Positions 1 through 8,959 of a stretch of DNA of 64,000 bases are shown here, piece after piece. The notes beneath the pieces were generated by a model, which saw only the letters and a list, made by a program, of their open reading frames with translations, searched no databases and was not told the origin of the DNA. Positions within the stretch are counted from its first letter, which is position 1, and every line of letters starts with the position of its first letter. The position numbers and the translations under genes are program-made. Source of the DNA: Vulcanimicrobiota bacterium (GTDB taxonomy: Bacteria > Vulcanimicrobiota > Vulcanimicrobiia > Vulcanimicrobiales > Vulcanimicrobiaceae); contig OY968762.1 in assembly GCA_963695225.1 (NCBI GenBank), positions 1,888,001-1,952,000 on the forward strand, written 5' to 3'.

Positions 1-15
1 ACGCTCGCGGCCCCG

Positions 16-678
16 GTGCGGCCCCGCAAGAACGTCGTCTGCGTCGGACGCAACTATCTGGGGCACGCCGAAGAGGTCGCGCGGGCGAGTGGGAAGCCGC
101 TCAACCTGCCGAGCGTCCCCACGTTCTTCACGAAAGCCCCGACGGCCATTTCCGACCCGGGCGCGACGCTGCGCCTCTCCGCCGCGGTCTCCTCGGAATA
201 CGATTGGGAAGCCGAACTCGCCGTCCTCATCGGCGCGCGTTGCCGCGACGTGCCCGAGGAAGCGGCGCTAGAGGCCGTGTTCGGCTATGCCTGCCTCAAC
301 GACGTGACCGCCCGCGATCTGCAGCGCGCCCACCAACAATGGTTCAAGGGCAAGAGCCTGGACGGCACCTGTCCGATCGGCCCTTGGATCGTCGGCGCAG
401 ACGAGATCGGCGATCCCCAAACGCTCGAAATCTCCCTCCGGCTCAACGGCGAGACGAAGCAACGCGCGAGCACGTCGACGATGATCTTCAGCGTCCGCAA
501 GGTGATCGCATCGCTCTCGCGCGGGATGACCCTCGAGCCCGGCGACGTGATCGCGACCGGGACGCCGGACGGCGTCGGATTCGCGCGGACGCCGCCCGAA
601 TTCCTCAAGGACGGGGACGTGCTCGAAGTCGAGATCGAGAAGATCGGCGTCCTGCGCAACGCGATCGCGCTACGCTAG
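16..678 (+). CDS. Fumarylacetoacetate hydrolase family protein (probably 5'-truncated by window edge)
   Basis: CVGRNY, DWEAEL, NDVTARD, WFKGKSLD, GDVIATGTP motifs. Confidence 0.9.
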   Translation: MRPRKNVVCVGRNYLGHAEEVARASGKPLNLPSVPTFFTKAPTAISDPGATLRLSAAVSSEYDWEAELAVLIGARCRDVPEEAALEAVFGYACLNDVTARDLQRAHQQWFKGKSLDGTCPIGPWIVGADEIGDPQTLEISLRLNGETKQRASTSTMIFSVRKVIASLSRGMTLEPGDVIATGTPDGVGFARTPPEFLKDGDVLEVEIEKIGVLRNAIALR

Positions 679-2450
679 CGGCCGAGGTCGATCTCGTACA
701 GCGCGGCGTCGTAACGCGGTCCGGCGATCGCGTGTGCCGCCGACGTCCGTTCGCGCTGGAATTGCGCGAGCGGGATCAGATACAGCAGCCGGTCTCCGCC
801 GCGGAGTTCGTCCGTGCGGCGGACGGAGACGAGGCGGCCGCCGCGCCAGACCCAAAGCGGGACGATGTCGCGGGTGGAGAGTTCCCCGTTCGGAGGAACG
901 ATCCGTTCGCTGACGCCGTATGCTTGATCGCCGATCGTGACCCGGCCGCGGGCTCCCGGCGTCGCGGCGAGGCCGGCGAACGCCGGCGCCGCCAAGCCGG
1001 CGGTCGCGAACGTCGTATCGATATCGAAATGCCGCACGATCGAGCTCGCAAACGCGGCGTCGCCGATCCGCATGATGACGGGGAGCGTTCCGTTCCGGGC
1101 GCGCGCCCCGAGCGCGACCTCGAGGTTCATCGTATCGCTCTCGGTCAGCGCGACGAGCGCGGCCGCCTCCTCGAGCGAGCAGAGTTCGAGCGTCTCCTCC
1201 GCCGTCGCGTCCCCGGTCAGCAGATCGATCTCGCCCCTCCGCGAGAGCTCGACGATCGCGTCGTTCGGCCGGACGTCGATCGCGACGACCCGGCGGTCCA
1301 ACTCCAGGAGGTACTCGATCACTTGCGAGCCGACTTGCCCCGCCCCGCAGACGATGACGTGCCCGCGCCGTTCGATGCGGCGCAAGCCCTGCGAGAGGAT
1401 GAACTCCGCCTGCGTGAGGCGCGAGGCGACGATCGCGATGAACAGTCCCGAGAGAATCAGGCCGCTGAGCATGAGGAAGATCGCGAGGATCTCTGCGGCG
1501 GGGCCGTGCGCGCGAATGATCCGGTCGTCGAAGCCCGTGTTCGTCATCGTCTGGACGACGAGGTAGAACGCCGAGAGCGGATCGAGGCCGAGCGCGTACA
1601 GAAAGAACGCCGTGCCGCAGACGACGGTCGCCAGCGTGACGGCGAACAGGATGCGGACGATCGGATCGATGCGGCCGACGGCGCGCAAAATCGCGTTCAA
1701 GGCGGCGCGTCTCGTGGCGCGGCCGCCGAGGAACGGGCCGGAGACGCTCCGGGCGGTCGACCGTCGCGACGCAACGGCCGCGCAGGTGATCAACTCGGCG
1801 CCGGCCGGAATCTCCTGGCCGGCGTCTGCGGCCGGGCTGCCGTCGAGCGCGAGGATCCGCGCGCCGAGCCGGCGCTCCCCCTCCTCGACCGTGAGCCCTG
1901 CAGTCCCGCTCCCCTCGGCGCTTCGGCGCGCGAAGCCGAGCAGCGGCCCCTGGCGGTCAGGGAACTCGACGCCGTAGAACGCAGCCGGATCGACGGCCGC
2001 GGCCGCGTAGGTCGCCGCGGAGTGGGATGCGAGGGAGAGCACCGAACAATTGTGCAGGTTCTGGGCGACTTTGTGCCCGAGCGTCCGGTTGAACTGGCGC
2101 AAGACGAGCCGGATCTGCGGGTTGAGGTCCCGGGCGCGCAGCGCGATCTGGAGGTTGAACCGGTCGTCCGGGGCGAGCGCGATCAGGCTCGCTGCCTCCC
2201 GGACGCCGGCCACGATCAGCGCGTCCGTTCCGTGCTCGTCGTACGGCACGAAGCGGGCCCCAAGCCGGCGGACCTGTGTCGCAAACTCTTCGGAGGGCAG
2301 GGTCATGACCGCGCACCGGTGGATCCCCGGCCGGGAGATTTCCGCGCAGACGCGCAGCGCCAGCGCATCCGGCTCGCCGATGATGAGGATCAACGCACGC
2401 TCGCTCGCGGACGGAGGCGGTTCGATCTCGGCCACGGGGATCGATTTCAA
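675..2450 (-). CDS. TrkA-N/RCK domain ion-channel-like protein (RCK-2TM pore-RCK)
   Basis: Two NAD-binding RCK domains (VCGAGQVG, GDAT) flanking two TM helices with pore-like segment VVQTMTNTGFDD. Confidence 0.8.
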   Translation of the reverse strand: MKSIPVAEIEPPPSASERALILIIGEPDALALRVCAEISRPGIHRCAVMTLPSEEFATQVRRLGARFVPYDEHGTDALIVAGVREAASLIALAPDDRFNLQIALRARDLNPQIRLVLRQFNRTLGHKVAQNLHNCSVLSLASHSAATYAAAAVDPAAFYGVEFPDRQGPLLGFARRSAEGSGTAGLTVEEGERRLGARILALDGSPAADAGQEIPAGAELITCAAVASRRSTARSVSGPFLGGRATRRAALNAILRAVGRIDPIVRILFAVTLATVVCGTAFFLYALGLDPLSAFYLVVQTMTNTGFDDRIIRAHGPAAEILAIFLMLSGLILSGLFIAIVASRLTQAEFILSQGLRRIERRGHVIVCGAGQVGSQVIEYLLELDRRVVAIDVRPNDAIVELSRRGEIDLLTGDATAEETLELCSLEEAAALVALTESDTMNLEVALGARARNGTLPVIMRIGDAAFASSIVRHFDIDTTFATAGLAAPAFAGLAATPGARGRVTIGDQAYGVSERIVPPNGELSTRDIVPLWVWRGGRLVSVRRTDELRGGDRLLYLIPLAQFQRERTSAAHAIAGPRYDAALYEIDLGR

Positions 2451-2535
2451 GAAGGGGCGGTCCGCGCCCCGTTAACCGGCAAGAGGAGCGGGCGCAACCG
2501 CGCTTCCGGCGGCGTCGAACCGCTCGGAGGCACCG

Positions 2536-2904
2536 GTGATCGGAACGATTCTCGCCTACGCGGCGGCCACGGCATTCATCTCGCTCGGACTCGGCGCGCT
2601 CGCGGCGCCGAAAACGTCCTCACGCCAATACGGGCTCGCAACGGACGACGAGGACGCGCTTGCGTACGTGCGCGCGCTGGGCGTGCGCGATCTCGTACTC
2701 GGACTGGCGTTGTTCGCGTTCTCGCTCGCGCGGGAAGGGAACGCCGCCGCGATCGTCGCCGAGTTCGGCGCCTTGATCGGCTTTTCGGATTTCCTAATTG
2801 TCGCAGCGCGGCGCGGAAATGCGGCACGTAGGAACCTCGTGATTCACGGTGCGGGGACGATCGGGCTCCTCGGGGTCTGGATAGCGATCCGTTTAGGCTC
2901 CTAG
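2536..2904 (+). CDS. Small membrane protein, DUF4267-like
   Basis: Four hydrophobic helices, YG...GVRDL motif, GGAGG RBS upstream of GTG. Confidence 0.7.
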   Translation: MIGTILAYAAATAFISLGLGALAAPKTSSRQYGLATDDEDALAYVRALGVRDLVLGLALFAFSLAREGNAAAIVAEFGALIGFSDFLIVAARRGNAARRNLVIHGAGTIGLLGVWIAIRLGS

Positions 2905-3055
2905 AACGAGCGCAGATCTTCGCCCGCAACGCGGGTGCCGCGAAAAACAAATCTTCAAAATGTCCAAGGAGCAACGGCACCTGCTGCGGTAATGCCCCTG
3001 CTTTCGGCCCATTACGCCGAAAGTTTTCCATTGACCGTGAAGGGATTATCGCAGC

Positions 3056-4201
3056 ATGTTGATCGGCGTTCCGACGGAAGTCGCGCCAGGGGAGCGGCGC
3101 GTCGCACTCGTTCCGGAGACCGTCGCGCGCATGACGAAGGACGGTTGGAACGTGATCGTTCAGCGCGGGGCCGGTGCGGCAGCGTCGTTCGTCGATGCGG
3201 CGTATGAAAAGGCCGGGGCACAGTTCGCCGCCGATGCAGCAGAGCTCTATGCAAAAGCGGACCTCATCACGAAAGTGCAGCGGCCCACCGACGCGGAGCT
3301 CGCACTCCTGCGCGAAGGCACGACGCTCATCGCGTTCCTTGCGCCGCTCGGCGATCCCGAATCGGTAGAGAAACTCAACGCACGCAAGGTCACGGCCCTC
3401 TCGATGGATGCGATCCCTCGCATCACGCGCGCCCAAAGCATGGATGCGCTCTCCTCTCAGAGCAACGTCGCCGGATACAAAGCGGTGCTTCTAGCAGCCG
3501 CCGCCCTGCCGCGTTTCTTCCCGATGCTCACGACCGCCGCCGGCACGATCCCGCCCGCGAAGGTGCTCGTCCTCGGTGCGGGCGTCGCGGGCTTGCAAGC
3601 GATCGCGACCGCCCGGCGTCTCGGCGCCGTCGTCTCCGGATACGATACGCGCGCGGTCGTCAAAGAGCAGGTGCAGTCGCTGGGTGCGAAGTTCCTCGAG
3701 CTCGACCTCGGCGGAGACGCCGAAGGCGCGGGCGGCTACGCCAAAGAGCTCTCCGCCGAGCAGATCGACAAACAGCGCGCGTTCATGGTGAAGCACATCG
3801 GCGATTCCGATTGCGTGATCACGACCGCCGCCGTCCCGGGCAAGCGCGCTCCGATCCTCATCACCGAAGAAGCCGTGAAAGCGATGAAGCCGGGGAGCGT
3901 CATCGTCGATCTCGCCTCCGAGACCGGCGGGAATTGCGCGCTGACCGAGCCCGGCGAGGTCGTCGTCAAGAACGACGTCACGATCGTCGGCACGAAGAAC
4001 ATCCCCTCGACGATGCCCTATCACTCGAGCCAACTCTACTCGCGCAACGTTCTAACGCTGCTCCAGCATCTCATCAAGGACGGCGCCCCGAACTTTGATT
4101 GGAACGACGAGATCACGAAAGGCACAACGTTGACCCACGACGGAACGATCATCCACCCGCCGACGCTCGCCGCCCTCGCCGCGAAGGGGGCAAGCGCGTG
4201 A
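3056..4201 (+). CDS. pntA: NAD(P) transhydrogenase alpha subunit part 1 (domain I)
   Basis: ERRVALVP, RITRAQSMDALSS, GAGVAGLQA, GGYAKE. Confidence 0.97.
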   Translation: MLIGVPTEVAPGERRVALVPETVARMTKDGWNVIVQRGAGAAASFVDAAYEKAGAQFAADAAELYAKADLITKVQRPTDAELALLREGTTLIAFLAPLGDPESVEKLNARKVTALSMDAIPRITRAQSMDALSSQSNVAGYKAVLLAAAALPRFFPMLTTAAGTIPPAKVLVLGAGVAGLQAIATARRLGAVVSGYDTRAVVKEQVQSLGAKFLELDLGGDAEGAGGYAKELSAEQIDKQRAFMVKHIGDSDCVITTAAVPGKRAPILITEEAVKAMKPGSVIVDLASETGGNCALTEPGEVVVKNDVTIVGTKNIPSTMPYHSSQLYSRNVLTLLQHLIKDGAPNFDWNDEITKGTTLTHDGTIIHPPTLAALAAKGASA

Positions 4202-4509
4202 GCCCACAGCTCCTAACCGAATTCACGATCTTTATCCTTTCGGTCTTCGTCGGGCTCGAAGTCATCTCGAAGGTGCCGACGATGCTGCACACGCCGTTGA
4301 TGTCCGCAACGAACGCGATCCACGGCATCGTGCTCGTCGGCGCGCTGCTGGTCGCGGGAGTCGCCGAACCCAAGCTCGGCGTGTTCCTCTCGGTCATCGT
4401 CGTGATCCTCGCATCGCTCAACGTCTTCGGCGGCTTCGTCGTGACCGAGCGCATGTTGCAGATGTTCAAGCCGCGCTCCACGCCGGGTGGCGACGGGGCT
4501 AAGAAATGA
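4198..4509 (+). CDS. pntA: NAD(P) transhydrogenase alpha subunit part 2 (membrane)
   Basis: LHTPLMSATNAIHG, NVFGGFVVTERML; GTG start overlaps previous stop. Confidence 0.95.
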   Translation: MSPQLLTEFTIFILSVFVGLEVISKVPTMLHTPLMSATNAIHGIVLVGALLVAGVAEPKLGVFLSVIVVILASLNVFGGFVVTERMLQMFKPRSTPGGDGAKK

Positions 4510-5918
4510 TCGACGTCCAAAGCTATAAGATCTGGATCGACGCGGCGTACCTGATTACGGGTATCTGCTTCATCGTCGGCCTGCGCTACCTCAGTTCGCC
4601 GAAGACCGCGCGTCTGGGCAATCGCGTCGCCATGGTCGGCATGCTGATCGCGCTGGTCGCGACGGCGATCCAACTGTACCCGGGCGCCTGGATATACATC
4701 GTCGGCGCGGTCGCAATCGGCGCGGTCGTCGGGATCTATTCCGCGCGCGCCGTCAAGATGACCGCGATGCCGCAGATGGTCGCGCTCTTCAACGGTGCGG
4801 GCGGCGGCGCGGCCGCGCTCGTCGCGACGGCCGAGTTCCTCAAGCTCCTGGACGAATCCGGCGGTGCCGGCCTTCCGTTCGATCAGACGATCACGATCGT
4901 GCTCACGACCGCGATCGGCGCGATCAGCTTCTCGGGGAGCATCATCGCGTTCCTCAAGCTGCAAGAGGTGATGACGGGGCGCCCGATCACGTACCCCGGC
5001 CAGCAGATCGTCAACGGCGCGCTCGCCGTCGGCATCGTCGTCGCGGCGGGGCTCGTCATCGCGAACGTGCAATCGCTCCCCGCGTTCTTCGCGCTCTTCG
5101 CCGGAGCACTGCTCCTGGGCATTCTGTTCGTGCTCCCGATCGGCGGCGCGGACATGCCGGTCATCATCTCGCTGTTGAACTCGTTCACCGGGCTCGCGGC
5201 GGCGGCGACCGGTTTCGTGCTCGGAAACAACGTGCTGATCATTTCGGGCGCGCTCGTCGGCGCTTCCGGCACGCTGCTGACGCTCATGATGGGCAAAGCG
5301 ATGAATCGCTCCGTCACGAACGTGCTCTTCGGCGCGTTCGGTTCCGTCGTTTCGAGCGGCGGCGGCGATGCGGCCGCGGCCGGCGGCACGGTCCGCTCCT
5401 CGAGCGTCGACGACGTCGCGACGATGCTCGCGTACGCGAACCAAGTCATCGTCGTCCCCGGGTACGGGATGGCGGTCGCGCAAGCGCAGCACAGCGTTCG
5501 CGAACTCGCCGACCAACTCGAAAAGAAGGGCGTCGAGGTCAAGTACGCGATCCATCCCGTCGCGGGCCGCATGCCGGGGCACATGAACGTCCTGCTCGCC
5601 GAAGCGAACGTCCCGTATCCCGCGCTCTTCGACATGGACGACATCAATCCGGAGTTCCCGCGGACCGACGTCGCGCTCGTCATCGGCGCGAACGACGTCA
5701 CGAACCCAGCCGCCCGCGCCGACAAATCGAGCCCGATCTACGGCATGCCGATCCTCGACGTCGACAAGGCGGCCCAGATCGTCGTGCTCAAGCGTTCCAT
5801 GAAGCCCGGCTTCGCCGGCATCGACAACCCGCTCTACCTCGATCCGAAGTGCACGATGCTCTTCGGCGACGCGAAGAAGTCGATCGACGGGCTCGTCGGC
5901 GCGGTCAAGAGCCTCTAA
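4506..5918 (+). CDS. pntB: NAD(P) transhydrogenase beta subunit
   Basis: MTAMPQMVA, VPGYGMAVAQAQH, HPVAGRMPGHMN, GANDVTNP. Confidence 0.97.
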   Translation: MIDVQSYKIWIDAAYLITGICFIVGLRYLSSPKTARLGNRVAMVGMLIALVATAIQLYPGAWIYIVGAVAIGAVVGIYSARAVKMTAMPQMVALFNGAGGGAAALVATAEFLKLLDESGGAGLPFDQTITIVLTTAIGAISFSGSIIAFLKLQEVMTGRPITYPGQQIVNGALAVGIVVAAGLVIANVQSLPAFFALFAGALLLGILFVLPIGGADMPVIISLLNSFTGLAAAATGFVLGNNVLIISGALVGASGTLLTLMMGKAMNRSVTNVLFGAFGSVVSSGGGDAAAAGGTVRSSSVDDVATMLAYANQVIVVPGYGMAVAQAQHSVRELADQLEKKGVEVKYAIHPVAGRMPGHMNVLLAEANVPYPALFDMDDINPEFPRTDVALVIGANDVTNPAARADKSSPIYGMPILDVDKAAQIVVLKRSMKPGFAGIDNPLYLDPKCTMLFGDAKKSIDGLVGAVKSL

Positions 5919-5936
5919 CCCGAAACTTTCCTACGC

Positions 5937-6046
5937 TCGGGCGGGTTCCCAGGTGGGTACGCTCCGGCGTAGTCGGTGCGCGTCCCGTTGCGGACCCGCG
6001 CCGTTCCAAGTATTCAGCGCCGATACGCACAAGAAGAGCCCGCCGA
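5937..6046 (+). ncRNA. Candidate ~110-nt rod-shaped small RNA of unknown family (strand tentative)
   Basis: Five nested helices found by eye across an intergenic region between convergent genes, followed by a terminator; no known family motif recognised. Confidence 0.4.
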
Positions 6047-6069
6047 ACAGGCGGGCTCTTCGCTTTTTT
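6033..6069 (+). terminator. Rho-independent terminator
   Basis: Perfect 12-bp stem GAAGAGCCCGCC/GGCGGGCTCTTC, 5-nt loop, then GC-T6. Confidence 0.85.
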
Positions 6070-6085
6070 GGCAATCGCGCGAGCG

Positions 6086-6538
6086 TCAGAAGTGCAGGCC
6101 GACTCCAACGTAAGCGCCGTCGCTCGATGAGTTCTTCGTCGCATCGTTCGGGTTCCACTGATGGTCGCCCGCGACGCCGACGTCGACGTAGGCGTTCGAG
6201 CCCCGAATCTGGCGTACTTGGCGGATCTGATATTTCAAGACGACCGGCGAAACGCGATAGAGCGCGGAGCCGGCACCGGAACCGATCAGCCATGAGCCCT
6301 GCGGGGACCCGGCCGGAAGCGTCGCGGCGACGCCGCCGCTCGGCGTGAGGCTCGGACCATCGGGGAGGCCGAAACGCGGAACGAACTGCTGGCGTTCGCT
6401 GTTTTCCAAGGGAACGAACAGCGGCGCGGGCGCTCGGAAACTCAAAGCGGGCTTTCGCGAGCTCGGAGCGGCCGAAGGCGCCGGAGCCGAGGGGGCTCCG
6501 CCGGTAACGACCAGGCCGAAGACGAGCAGCGCGAGCAT
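6086..6538 (-). CDS. Hypothetical exported protein, possible small outer-membrane beta-strand protein
   Basis: Hydrophobic N-terminus, Pro/Ala linker, alternating beta pattern and C-terminal YVGVGLHF (beta-signal-like). Confidence 0.55.
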   Translation of the reverse strand: MLALLVFGLVVTGGAPSAPAPSAAPSSRKPALSFRAPAPLFVPLENSERQQFVPRFGLPDGPSLTPSGGVAATLPAGSPQGSWLIGSGAGSALYRVSPVVLKYQIRQVRQIRGSNAYVDVGVAGDHQWNPNDATKNSSSDGAYVGVGLHF

Positions 6539-6758
6539 GGTGGCAAATCTCCGCGCATCGCCGTTAGAAAACGATGCGTCGTACGCTTTGGTTTCCTGAG
6601 TTGATTTACGTCGGAGGGGGCCGGATTCCTTAGGCCTTATGGCCTTTTATTCGAAACTTAACGGCTTTGTGACGGTCCGCACTCCGCGACCGCCCGCCAA
6701 GCATAACCCATCTTCACCATCGGCCGATGCATGAAACCTCAGTAGGCCGACGATTCTC

Positions 6759-8375
6759 CTAGATGCTCCAAGCCCAGGCGTTCCACGTCGGCGTGAACGC
6801 GTTCGGCGCGAATCCGTGCAGGCGCGTCCGTTGCGCGTACACGTACGTGGGGTTGAAGAGGTAGAGTAGCGGAACGTCGCGAGCGACGAGGCGGTCGATC
6901 TCGAGGTAGGCACGCCGGCGCCGATCCTGCGACGGCTCCGCGACCGCCAGCGCCTCGAGGCGGTCGACGCGAGGATCGCAATAGCGCATGTAATTCTTCG
7001 CGGCGCCCCGGCAGGAGAGCAGGAAACCGTCGTCCGGGTCGGCCCCCATCTGCGTCGGCACGTACGCGAGATCGAACCTCCCGCTCGCGAGCGCACCCCC
7101 GTCGCGTTCGGCGAGGAAGAGTTGGGCGTTCGAGACCGCCTTCAACGCGAGCTCGACGCCGCGCAGGCGCAGCGATTCTTGGATCAGTGCCGCAGCGCGG
7201 ACGCCGGTCGTGCTTTCCGGAAAATACACGAAGGTCAGCGCGAGCGGGCTGCCGCCCTTCGAGCGCATCCCGTCGGGGCCGCGTCGCCATCCCGCCGCAT
7301 CGAACGCCGCGTCCGAGGCCGCCGGATCGTAGGGCGGTTCGCGAACGCTCGGATCGAACGCCCAGGAGAAGCGCGGCCGGCTGGAATCGGCGACGGGGTA
7401 CTTGCCGAGCGTGATCTTCGCGGCGATCGTGCGGCGATCGATGCCTGCGGCGAGGGCCCGGCGGACGCGAGCGTCGTCGAGGGGCGGATGCGCGAGGTTG
7501 AAGGCGACGGCCGCGATGAGCGCGGTCGGGACGTCGCGATAGACGAGCCCTTCGGTCCGGGCAAGGACGGGGAGTTGGGCGGGCGCGACCAGGTTGAAAT
7601 CGACGCCCCCCGATTGGAGCAGCGTCAGGTTCGTCTGCGGATCCGGCACGACGCGCACTTCGACGGCGGCTAGCTTCGGCCGGCCGCGCCAGTAGCGGGC
7701 GTTCGGCCGGTAGAGCAGCCTCTCGCCGCGCTTCCAAGAAACGAACGAGTACGGCCCGTCTCCGACCGTGGGAGCCGCGTTGAAGGGAGCGGTCGCGAGC
7801 GGCCCTTGGCCCCGCAACGCATGCGCCGGCAAGACGTACTGCGGCGCCGTCCCGTATGCGAAGAACGTCGCGACCGCGGGCGCCCAGGGGCGGCTGAGAT
7901 GGAAGCGGACCGTGTGCGCATCCAGCGCTTGGGCCCGGTCGATCAGCTCGTACCCTTCGCGCGAACCGACCGGATTCGCAGGGTCGAGAATCGCGCGAAG
8001 CGTGAAGAGCACGTCCTCGCTCGTCAGCGGGACGCCGTCGCTCCAAACGAGGCCGGGCCGCAAGCGGTAGACGAGCGTCCGCCCGTCGGCGGAGATGCCC
8101 CCGTTTGCGGCCGTGGGGATCTCGCGGAGAAGTTCCGGGACCGCCCGCCCGCGCTCGTCGAGATCGAAGAACGGCTCGAACACGAGGTGCGCGAGTTGTT
8201 GGTCGACCACGCCCGCATCGGCGCGGGCGAAGAGCGGGTTGAGAGACGCGGGGTCCGACGAAACATCGAAGCGGACGATCCCAGCCGGTGAAGCGGCCGG
8301 CGCAGCCGCCGCCGGGCCCGCCGCTCCCAGCCCGGCAAGGCTCAGTGCGAAAAGCACAATCGTTCGATAAGCCAC
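6759..8375 (-). CDS. Peptide/nickel ABC transporter substrate-binding protein (family 5); start uncertain
   Basis: Signal peptide, DPASLNP, WSDGVPLTSEDVLFT, GDGPY, VRRALAAGIDR. Confidence 0.9.
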   Translation of the reverse strand: MAYRTIVLFALSLAGLGAAGPAAAAPAASPAGIVRFDVSSDPASLNPLFARADAGVVDQQLAHLVFEPFFDLDERGRAVPELLREIPTAANGGISADGRTLVYRLRPGLVWSDGVPLTSEDVLFTLRAILDPANPVGSREGYELIDRAQALDAHTVRFHLSRPWAPAVATFFAYGTAPQYVLPAHALRGQGPLATAPFNAAPTVGDGPYSFVSWKRGERLLYRPNARYWRGRPKLAAVEVRVVPDPQTNLTLLQSGGVDFNLVAPAQLPVLARTEGLVYRDVPTALIAAVAFNLAHPPLDDARVRRALAAGIDRRTIAAKITLGKYPVADSSRPRFSWAFDPSVREPPYDPAASDAAFDAAGWRRGPDGMRSKGGSPLALTFVYFPESTTGVRAAALIQESLRLRGVELALKAVSNAQLFLAERDGGALASGRFDLAYVPTQMGADPDDGFLLSCRGAAKNYMRYCDPRVDRLEALAVAEPSQDRRRRAYLEIDRLVARDVPLLYLFNPTYVYAQRTRLHGFAPNAFTPTWNAWAWSI

Positions 8376-8397
8376 TAGGAATCCCGGAAAAATACGG

Positions 8398-8403
8398 TAT
8401 AAT
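8398..8403 (+). promoter_or_regulatory. Probable -10 box for lrp-kdd-kamA operon
   Basis: TATAAT in AT-rich divergent intergenic region ~50 bp upstream of ATG 8453; -35 not evident. Confidence 0.5.
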
Positions 8404-8452
8404 CCCCCGTAATGACGGAATTCATCCCACTTCTCTGCAAATAGGCCGAACA

Positions 8453-8959
8453 ATGGTAAGCGACCTCGACGATCTCGATTTACGCCTGTTAAACGCGCTG
8501 CAGCGGAATGCCCGCTCGACGTTCGCCGAACTTGCCGGACTCGTCGGCCTCGGCACGTCGGCGGTCCACGAGCGCGTGAAGCGCCTGGAGCAGCGAGGCT
8601 ACTTGCGCGGCTATGCTGCGCGCCTGGATACGCGCCGGCTCGGGATCGAACTTGCGGCGTTCGTGAGCGTCTATACTACTGCCGATGTTCGCTATGACGA
8701 TTTCCACGTCGCGGTCGCGGCGCTCCCGGAAGTCGGCGAAGTCCACAGCGTCGCCGGCGAGGAGTCGTTCGTGCTCAAAGTCCTGACCCGCTCGACGAGC
8801 CACCTCGACGATTTTCTTTCCCGTCTGAAGGCGATTCACGGCATCGCGCGGACGAAGACGACGATCGTCCTTTCCACGCCGTTCGACCGCGAAGGATTAG
8901 CGCTCGAAACGCTCGAGCCGCTCGCCGAGCGCTCCCACTTGCGCGCGGTACAACGTTGA
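8453..8959 (+). CDS. Lrp/AsnC family transcriptional regulator
   Basis: LDDLDLRLLNALQRNAR HTH, VAGEESFVLKV, TKTTIVL. Confidence 0.93.
   Translation: MVSDLDDLDLRLLNALQRNARSTFAELAGLVGLGTSAVHERVKRLEQRGYLRGYAARLDTRRLGIELAAFVSVYTTADVRYDDFHVAVAALPEVGEVHSVAGEESFVLKVLTRSTSHLDDFLSRLKAIHGIARTKTTIVLSTPFDREGLALETLEPLAERSHLRAVQR

Noticed and set aside
204..2831. 875-aa plus-strand ORF, and similar long ORFs at 8836-11712, 13120-17070, 31474-34494, 41842-44178, 45186-47795
   Set aside because: Arg/Ala-rich antisense shadows of well-supported genes; expected at high GC with few stop codons
5937..6046. SRP RNA, 5S rRNA or tRNA identity for the structured element
   Set aside because: No SRP domain IV GGAA/AGCAG motif, no 5S CCGAAC loop context, no T-arm
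6600..6700. ACAAAGCC...GGCCTAAG (minus) resembling c-di-GMP-I riboswitch
   Set aside because: Spacing wrong; no GNRA tetraloop/receptor or closing motif
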